Below, piece by piece: positions 58,501-64,000 of a stretch of 64,000 nt of DNA. The notes under the pieces were generated by a model. That model was not told the origin of the DNA, did no database searches, and saw only the letters and a program-made list of their open reading frames with translations. The stretch lies in assembly GCA_044223005.1 (NCBI GenBank), contig JBGAML010000015.1, positions 56,385 through 120,384 of the forward strand, given 5' to 3'. This DNA comes from Candidatus Eiseniibacteriota bacterium (GTDB lineage: Bacteria; Eisenbacteria; RBG-16-71-46). Position 1 is the first letter of the stretch. Each line of letters starts with the position of its first letter. A program made the position numbers and the translations under genes.

Positions 58501-59790
58501 GATGCGGTACTGGCCGCTGCCGGAGTTCGCCTCGCCGGTCAGGATCGCGAGCGCGCCCGCGCCGTCGCCGCTGTGCAGCTTGCCGGTGAAGTTGCCGTCG
58601 CGCGGGATGATCCGCAGCCCGTTGCCCTGCAGGAAGTGAATCTGGTGGCTGTTGTGCCCGTTGCAGTGCGGCCAGTCGTCGAGGATGACGCCGTTCACGC
58701 CGTGCGACTGCCAGTGCGCGCCCGACCAGTCGATCACGCCCGCGTTCGGGTACGTGCTCGGGTCGAGGAACGTGCGCTCGGGGACCCACGCGACGTGGGG
58801 CACGTAGTTGAAGCGCGTCGAGACCATCGCCACGTCCCGGTCGATCGCCCAGTCGTTCATCGAGCCCTGCAGGAACGGCATGATCGGCTGGCCGTACGCG
58901 GAGCAGATCATGTCGGCCCAGCCGTTCGTGACGCCGGTGCGCAGCCAGCCGTTGAAGTCGAGCGGGTCGCCGTTCTGGTGGTTCCATTCCGCCGAGGACT
59001 GCAGCAGGCCCGACAGGTGGAAGTTGCCGGGGATGTTCTTCAGCTCGTGGATGCGCAGGACCTCGTCGAAACCGCTGCTCGCCTCGGCGCCGGAGCGGCC
59101 CGCGAACACGTCGGAGTAGGCGAGGCCCTGGTTGCCGTGGTGCACGAACGCGACGTTGGTCGTGACCACCGATGCCGTCGTCGCACCGAGCGGCGCGACG
59201 AGTTGGTCGAGCACGCGGCCGTCCGGCGTGAACGTGATCGCGCACGCCCGCCGCGGCGCCGCGGCGCTCGCGGGGACCGCCGCCGCGAGCCAGCCGTGAT
59301 CGAGGTGGTTCGCGGCGGCCGCGCCCGCGCGGGCGCCGGCCGGTGCCGCGGCCACGGTCGCGCTGCCGTTCGCGTCGAGCAGCACCACGCGATCCCACGC
59401 CATCGGCGCCGGTCCGGAGAGCGGCGCGGGCAGCGTGGTGTTGGCGCCCGTGCCCTCGTCGAGGAGCACGATCACACGCACTCCGGCCTGCGCGAACACG
59501 GGATGCTGCTCGCGCACGCTGACGGGCGCGACGAGGCTCACGCGCAGCTGCACGCCTTCGCTGCCGGCGTCGCAGTAGAGCGCGAGGATGTTGCCCGCGC
59601 TCTCGAGTTCGCTCGCGCCGTCGCGCACGTGGCCGACGGCGACGACGCTGGCGGCGGGCCATGCGCGGGCGTCGGCGAGGAGCGTGCGGGCGCGGGTGGA
59701 AAGGGCGGACGTGGGGGCGGCGGAAGCCGCGGCAGGAAGCGCGAGCCCGAGCACGAGCGCGGGCAGGAGGGCGAGAACGGAACGGCGCAT
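55576..59790 (-). CDS. Secreted multidomain GH57-family glycoside hydrolase/transferase with Ig-like, DOMON-like and FlgD-Ig domains
   Basis: Signal peptide; GH57-like regions FVHHGNQ, NFHLSG, AYGQPIMPF, AWVPER, YADDWE; DIDGDG..E...GGR beta-sandwich start; C-terminal PWPNP..FDLGGRRV..LAPGLYFVRL. Confidence 0.75.
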   Translation of the reverse strand: MRRSVLALLPALVLGLALPAAASAAPTSALSTRARTLLADARAWPAASVVAVGHVRDGASELESAGNILALYCDAGSEGVQLRVSLVAPVSVREQHPVFAQAGVRVIVLLDEGTGANTTLPAPLSGPAPMAWDRVVLLDANGSATVAAAPAGARAGAAAANHLDHGWLAAAVPASAAAPRRACAITFTPDGRVLDQLVAPLGATTASVVTTNVAFVHHGNQGLAYSDVFAGRSGAEASSGFDEVLRIHELKNIPGNFHLSGLLQSSAEWNHQNGDPLDFNGWLRTGVTNGWADMICSAYGQPIMPFLQGSMNDWAIDRDVAMVSTRFNYVPHVAWVPERTFLDPSTYPNAGVIDWSGAHWQSHGVNGVILDDWPHCNGHNSHQIHFLQGNGLRIIPRDGNFTGKLHSGDGAGALAILTGEANSGSGQYRITVYADDWEMAAAVGGWQNTFPYAFGTYQWMIDKCSTESAWLHTWKLDAALGNPDFNGDTFTPTYGTYGGIGDVNGYGGNNNAWYTDWAGFVPYTTGGNGTGGCGGGGNCRNHGQLWNDAHAALQAAPDNGIRETGWYVLMTNLHETAWHDGLGGQLSGWERQYSAHIKNALVYAEAARWAGGQYANPTGCYLSDIDGDGNNEMVMYNDRVMAVFESIGGRCTQLFAKGTGYGYSVIGIDNAYWAGTEGDYNDVNHMAGLSDVGPNTQNDYYAMHVDAASGATVQASFTHSGLTKVVKLTSGQPYLDCIYKVGATTEYVQSGFSPDVVDLLYNARMDRIWGGGNRTYMGQRNPNTGATAAYVLGNGGAQHNLNYQSTLMKVDEIQGSQKFEFYLYAGATSAPDGQGHVAELEPLAAALTDQLPPEAVRGTYFPATKQLALTFDEPVQAGVVTLTGIAIDANDDGVADVTLDAGCSVLTVGNSATLTIQVSNAVAAVFAGLANKNALELVLAAGAVRDAAGNLVAALDHTGNVPVSYGPPTLVTLDGRFDPSEWPACTMAVADSFDSGWNAAPNNITNEIQALYATWDSTYLYLGVRGVATGNSWLLYLDTDPGGPNGQTDLRAINAWERGATFSASGFKPDWELGAYQHQGGFDSQSFFRILSATTTANYTDSILKAFDPGHSFGLDGGSELAIPWNTLYGLGGGHVPTGATLGMVASLAWDPEPSGELGGDQAPNNVSAVAPAIDNRTLVTIDANNDGLPDAIDRTPPALASAVTAGWDSMVVLQFSEPLSVATATQVSRYAIYQTGNPTATLTVKSATLLPGNTQVRLVVSHMSYVPYTVVATGVADASCFQNVAGVLSAAFQGPPVSVDPAAGIPRVLELVAPWPNPTRDGHASLAYRLPGGSGEALPVSLALFDLGGRRVRTLVDGAQMPGEYSVTLDGHDDGGRRLAPGLYFVRLSRGATQQSRRLILMP

Positions 59791-59851
59791 GGGGGCCCCT
59801 CGAGAACGGATGACGGAACGGACGGTGCGGGGGGTCGGAAACCTCGGGAAA

Positions 59852-59880
59852 AGTCTACGGTGCACGTCACGGAAGGGCAA
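59852..59880 (-). promoter_or_regulatory. Putative promoter of the GH57-malE-malF-malG unit
   Basis: TTGCCC-17 nt-TAGACT on the minus strand. Confidence 0.5.
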
Positions 59881-60030
59881 AGTCGCGCCCGAAAACGCGC
59901 ACCCACCGGGGCACGCGGCCGGCGCGTGCGCGGCGTCCGCGCTAGAATGGGGTCGCCGGTGGAGCGGGCGGCGAACGCGTGCACGCCGAAGCCACCGGGT
60001 CGAGGCTGCTCCGGCAGCCGGGAGGTGGAG

Positions 60031-60474
60031 ATGAAGATGGTGCTGGGTTTCGACGACTCGCCGCACGCGCAGGCGGCGTTGCGCTGGATCTGCTCGCAGT
60101 CGTGGCCGGCCGGAACGCGGGTGATCGTCGCGTCGGCCGTGCGCGCCCCCGTCACCGCGTACGCGGAGATCTACGCTCCCGCGGTCGCGTACCCGCCCGA
60201 GGTCGTGGACGACCTCACGCGGCACCACCAGGAACTCGCCGATCGCGCCCGCACGGAGTTGCAGGCGGCGGGCATCACGGCCGAGTCGCGCGTGCTGCAA
60301 GGTGACGCGCGCGAAGTGCTCGTGGACGTCGCGCGTTCCGAAGGGGCCGAACTCGTGGTCGTGGGATCGCACGGACGGACCGGGCTCGCGAAGCTCGTGC
60401 TCGGCAGCGTGGCGGCCCACGTCGTGGGGCACGCGCCGTGCAGCGTCATGGTGGTCAAGCGCTCGGTGCGCTGA
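60031..60474 (+). CDS. Universal stress protein
   Basis: GFDDS..AQAAL, GDARE, VVGSHGRTG...LGSVA..VV.HAPCSV. Confidence 0.92.
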   Translation: MKMVLGFDDSPHAQAALRWICSQSWPAGTRVIVASAVRAPVTAYAEIYAPAVAYPPEVVDDLTRHHQELADRARTELQAAGITAESRVLQGDAREVLVDVARSEGAELVVVGSHGRTGLAKLVLGSVAAHVVGHAPCSVMVVKRSVR

Positions 60475-61378
60475 TCCCGTCCGGCGCCGCCGGGGCCGCG
60501 CGCTCGCGCGGCCCCGCGCCGGGCCGGCGCGCGAGCACGCGCGCCATCACGGGGCCGCCCTCGGGTTCGTGCTCCTCGTAGCATTCGACGCGCAGCAGCG
60601 GGAAGCTCGCCGTCAGCTCGCCGGGCTCGAGCAGGAATCGCGGCTGCTTGGGGCGCCCGTGCACCTCCTGCCCGCGCCGGAACGTCTCGTAGACGAGCGT
60701 ACCGCCGGGCGCGAGCGCGCGTTCGATCCACGGAAAGAGCGGGCGGTGCAGGAAGCGGCAGACGACGATCGCGTCCCACGTGCCCGGGCCCGCGTCGGCC
60801 GTCTCGAGTTCGACGACCCGCGTCGAGAGCTCGACGCCGTGCCGCGCCGCCAGTGCGCTCGCGCGCGCGAGCGCGACGGGATCGTGATCCCACGCCTCGA
60901 CCTGCCACCCGTGCATCGCGAGGAAGACCGACTCGCGCCCCGAGCCCGCCGCGAGGTCGAGCGCGCGCCCCGGCGCGAGGTGCGGCCGCATGCGTTCGAC
61001 GAACGGCGAGGGGCGCCAGGCGCGCGCGGCGGGCCCCAAGTCGGTGTGCCCGCCCGGAAACTCCGCGAGGGCGGCGTCGAGCCAGGCGACGTCGCGGTAC
61101 TCGAGCGCCGCGAGCGTCTCGGCGGCCGCGCGCGCCGCCGCCGGCTCGTCGTGCACCACCAGCACGCACGCGGTGCGCGGCGGCAGTTCCGCGCGGCGCT
61201 CACCGAACTCGGCCGGGGCGAGCCGCGCGGCGCCCGCGAGGTGGCCGCGGGCGAACGCGTTCTCCTCGCGCACGTCGAGCACGATGGCGTCGGCGAGACG
61301 AGCGCGGGCCGCGCCGGGCGCGAGCGCCCGGCAGGCGTGTGTGGGCGTCGGGCCCGCGGAGGTCGTGGGATCGGTCAC
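60455..61378 (-). CDS. Rhodanese-like domain fused to a class I SAM-dependent methyltransferase (TehB-like)
   Basis: VLDVR...FARGHLAGA; PSPF, GRALDLAAGSGR, FLHRPLF, LAPGG.LVYETF, FLLEPGEL. Confidence 0.8.
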   Translation of the reverse strand: MTDPTTSAGPTPTHACRALAPGAARARLADAIVLDVREENAFARGHLAGAARLAPAEFGERRAELPPRTACVLVVHDEPAAARAAAETLAALEYRDVAWLDAALAEFPGGHTDLGPAARAWRPSPFVERMRPHLAPGRALDLAAGSGRESVFLAMHGWQVEAWDHDPVALARASALAARHGVELSTRVVELETADAGPGTWDAIVVCRFLHRPLFPWIERALAPGGTLVYETFRRGQEVHGRPKQPRFLLEPGELTASFPLLRVECYEEHEPEGGPVMARVLARRPGAGPRERAAPAAPDGISAPSA

Positions 61379-61524
61379 GCGCGGCACCTTCCCGGCGCGG
61401 CCCGCGGCCGTCAAGCGCGCGCCGATTCGCGTTGACCCTGCCCGGGGCCGCCGCCGATACTCGCATCGACCGCGAAGCACCGGGCGCATGGCCGCGCCGC
61501 CCCGTCCCGGGCGGCCTCGACGCG

Positions 61525-63468
61525 ATGACCGACTGCCGCCACACGGTTCGAACCCTCCTGCTCTCCGTGCTCCTGCTCGCCCTCGCCGCGACCGGCGTCG
61601 TGGCGGCCGACGGTCCTGTGCGCCTCGACGGGCGTGCCCGCCGTGCCGCGGCGCTCGTGGCGAAGGCGACGCAGCATCTCGCCCTGCGCACGATCGAGGG
61701 ACGCCGGCTCGCGATCGGAGAGCTCGAGCAGGCGGTGCAGCTGCAGCCGCTCGAGGCCGAGTACGAGCTCCAGCTCGCGCGCGCCTACGCCGCCGCGGGC
61801 TACGCGCGCGCGTCGCGCAAGGCGTGGGAACGCGTGGTCGCGCTGACGCCGGACGATCCCGACGCGCAGTTCGGGCTCGGGCAGATCTGGCGGCGCGACT
61901 GGCTCAAGTACCTCGAGGGCAGCTCGCTCCGCCAGGCGATCGAGCACTTCGAGGCGGCCGCGCGCCTGGACAGCACGATGGTGGACGCGTGGCTGCTGCT
62001 GGCGTCGCTGCGGACCGCGCACGACGATTCGCTCGGGGCCGCGAGCGCGGCACAGCATGCGCTGCGCTGCGCGCCCGCGCTGCCGGAGGCGCAGCTCGCC
62101 GTGGCGGCCGCGCGCTGGCACCTCGGCGACGTCGACGGCGCCGAGGCCGCGTATCGCCTCGCGCTGCCGCGGCTGGCGCGGTCGCTGCGCCAGCATTTCG
62201 AGGACTTCGCGCCGGTCGCGACCGAAGCGGACACGGCCGAGTACAACCACCTGCCCGCGGGCGCGAAGGCCGAGTACGCGCGCCGCTTCTGGACCGATCA
62301 CGACCCCGATCCCACGACCGTGCAGAACGAGGCGCAGCTCGAGTACTGGACGCGGGTGACCGAGGCGTACTTCCTGTTCTTCGACCCGAAGCGCCGCGAC
62401 TGGGACGAGCGCGGCGAGATCTACGTGCGCTACGGCCCGCCCTCGACCGTGGACTACAACCCGCTCGGCACGCTGCTCTACGGCCGCGTGGGCACGACGT
62501 CGCAGATGATGTACCCGATGAACGTGCTCGTCTGGGGCTACCCCGAACTGGGGATGACGGTCGCGCTGCAGGACCGCACGCTGTCCGAAACCTACATGCT
62601 GCCGACCGCGACGGACCACGATCCGGATCCGCGGCCGGATCCCGACGCCGTCGCGGCGCGCGGGGACGTCGGCACGCACGAACTGCGCGGCGTGTTCCGC
62701 GCGTTGCCGCCCGGTGCGGTGGCCGTGCCCGTGCAGGGACAGGTCGCGCGCTTCCAGAACGCGGGCGGCGGTCACGTGTTCGCCGCGCTCGAGGCACCGT
62801 CGTCGCCGGGAGACAGCCTGGTCGCGACCGCGGTGGTGCTCGACAGCACCGGCCGCGAGCGGACGCGGCTCACGCGCCCGCTCTCGCCGTCGGCGTGCAG
62901 CGCGGCGACGGCGCGCGTGGCCGACTTCGCCACCGACCTGCCGCCGGGCCACTGGGTGGTCGGGCTCTCGGTCCACGCCGGCCGCCGCCGCGGCAGCGTG
63001 CGCATGCCGATCGACGTCCGCGCGCCCGACACGACGCTCGCGCTCAGCGATCTCGTGCTCACCTGCGGGACGCCGATCCCGAACGGGACGTCGGTGCGGC
63101 TCGACGCGAATCCGTCCGGCCGCAGCCCGGCGGGGACGCCGCTCACGGCGTACTTCGAGATCTACCAGCTCACGCCGGATGCCCGCGGGGAAGCGCACTT
63201 CGAGTACGAGTATCGCGTGCGCTCCGCCCGGCGCGATCCGCGGATCTGGATCCAGCGCGCGCTCGCACCGCGTGGCGCGACCCCCGAGGTGCAGGCGTTC
63301 CGCGAGGAGACCAACGTCGGCGGGATGCGCCGGCAGTTCGTCAGCGTGCCGGTTTCGACGCTGCCGGCGGGCCGATACCGGCTCGAAGTCCGAGTCCGCG
63401 ACACCGTGAGCGGCGCCGAGGCCTCCCGGAGTACGGAATTCGTGCGCGGGGACGGCTCGGTGGATTGA
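61525..63468 (+). CDS. Secreted TPR + GWxTD-domain protein
   Basis: Signal peptide, TPR helices, FW...DPDP.T..NE...EY..RV..A...F...DERGEIYVRYGPP, C-terminal YFEIY..GRYRLEV.VRD. TTGACC-18-GATACT upstream. Confidence 0.82.
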   Translation: MTDCRHTVRTLLLSVLLLALAATGVVAADGPVRLDGRARRAAALVAKATQHLALRTIEGRRLAIGELEQAVQLQPLEAEYELQLARAYAAAGYARASRKAWERVVALTPDDPDAQFGLGQIWRRDWLKYLEGSSLRQAIEHFEAAARLDSTMVDAWLLLASLRTAHDDSLGAASAAQHALRCAPALPEAQLAVAAARWHLGDVDGAEAAYRLALPRLARSLRQHFEDFAPVATEADTAEYNHLPAGAKAEYARRFWTDHDPDPTTVQNEAQLEYWTRVTEAYFLFFDPKRRDWDERGEIYVRYGPPSTVDYNPLGTLLYGRVGTTSQMMYPMNVLVWGYPELGMTVALQDRTLSETYMLPTATDHDPDPRPDPDAVAARGDVGTHELRGVFRALPPGAVAVPVQGQVARFQNAGGGHVFAALEAPSSPGDSLVATAVVLDSTGRERTRLTRPLSPSACSAATARVADFATDLPPGHWVVGLSVHAGRRRGSVRMPIDVRAPDTTLALSDLVLTCGTPIPNGTSVRLDANPSGRSPAGTPLTAYFEIYQLTPDARGEAHFEYEYRVRSARRDPRIWIQRALAPRGATPEVQAFREETNVGGMRRQFVSVPVSTLPAGRYRLEVRVRDTVSGAEASRSTEFVRGDGSVD

Positions 63469-63563
63469 CCCGACACCGGGCGAAAAGCACTGCAGGAACA
63501 TGGCCGGGGTGCCGATACCGGTCCCGAACCGCTGGACCGCCCTGACCCTCCCCGAGACCCGTC

Positions 63564-63959
63564 ATGCCGGATGCCCGAGCTCGTATCCTGATCGTCGACG
63601 ACGAACCCGACCTTCTTTCCGTGCTGCGCTTCGGCCTCGAGGCCGAGGGCTTCGACGTGCTCGAAGCTTCCGACGGCGAACGTGGGCTCGACATGGCCCG
63701 CGCCGAGCGGCCCGACCTGCTGGTGCTGGACCTGATGCTGCCGCGCATGGACGGCTACAAGGTCTGCCGGGCCCTCAAGTTCGACGAGCGCTACCGTCGC
63801 ATGCCCATCTTCATCCTCAGCGCGCGCACCGGCGAGACCGATCGCAAGCTCGCGCTCGAACTGGGCGCCGACCTCTTCATGACCAAGCCGTACGAGGTGC
63901 GCGACCTGGTCGCGCGCATTCGCGAACGTCTCCAGCCGCCCGCCGCCGCGGCGGCCTGA
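63564..63959 (+). CDS. Single-domain response regulator (receiver only)
   Basis: ILIVDDE, LDLMLPRMDG, LSA, TKP. Confidence 0.92.
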   Translation: MPDARARILIVDDEPDLLSVLRFGLEAEGFDVLEASDGERGLDMARAERPDLLVLDLMLPRMDGYKVCRALKFDERYRRMPIFILSARTGETDRKLALELGADLFMTKPYEVRDLVARIRERLQPPAAAAA

Positions 63960-63975
63960 TCCCCGAACGCACGCG

Positions 63976-64000
63976 GCCCGCGGACGGATCGTCCGCGGGC
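63976..64000 (+). terminator. Hairpin after the response regulator
   Basis: GCCCGCGGACG-GAT-CGTCCGCGGGC at the window end. Confidence 0.45.

Overview
Very GC-rich bacterial DNA, probably from a diderm FCB-related candidate phylum such as Ca. Eisenbacteria (inferred from FlgD-Ig C-terminal domains, short WGxLKxxYR tails, a GWxTD protein and a PorV-like barrel). The left half is mostly housekeeping and energy genes: a partial GT-C-like membrane protein, tkt, glk, moeB/moeZ, an M48 lipoprotein, an alternative complex III operon (actABCDEF), tRNA-Leu(UAA), a patch of secreted accessory genes, four type IV minor pilins and sucA-sucB-lpdA. About 26 kb (33.4-59.8 kb) is an alpha-glucan (starch/glycogen) utilisation locus with no SusC/SusD, LamB or TonB gene. 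It holds secreted GH13 and GH57 enzymes, eight CBM48/AMPK-type domains on four proteins, CBM20/X25/SusE-like binders, two orphan outer-membrane beta-barrels (one fused to a CBM48), a PorV-like barrel, FlgD-Ig-tailed cargo and a MalEFG/MalK ABC system, and is interrupted by an IS1/IS1595-like element. Four secreted proteins from three unrelated families share a short C-terminal (S/T)(W/F)GxLKxx(Y/W)R motif that looks like an uncharacterised sorting signal, and two of their genes share upstream motifs. All family calls come from motif recognition by eye; no database searches were run.
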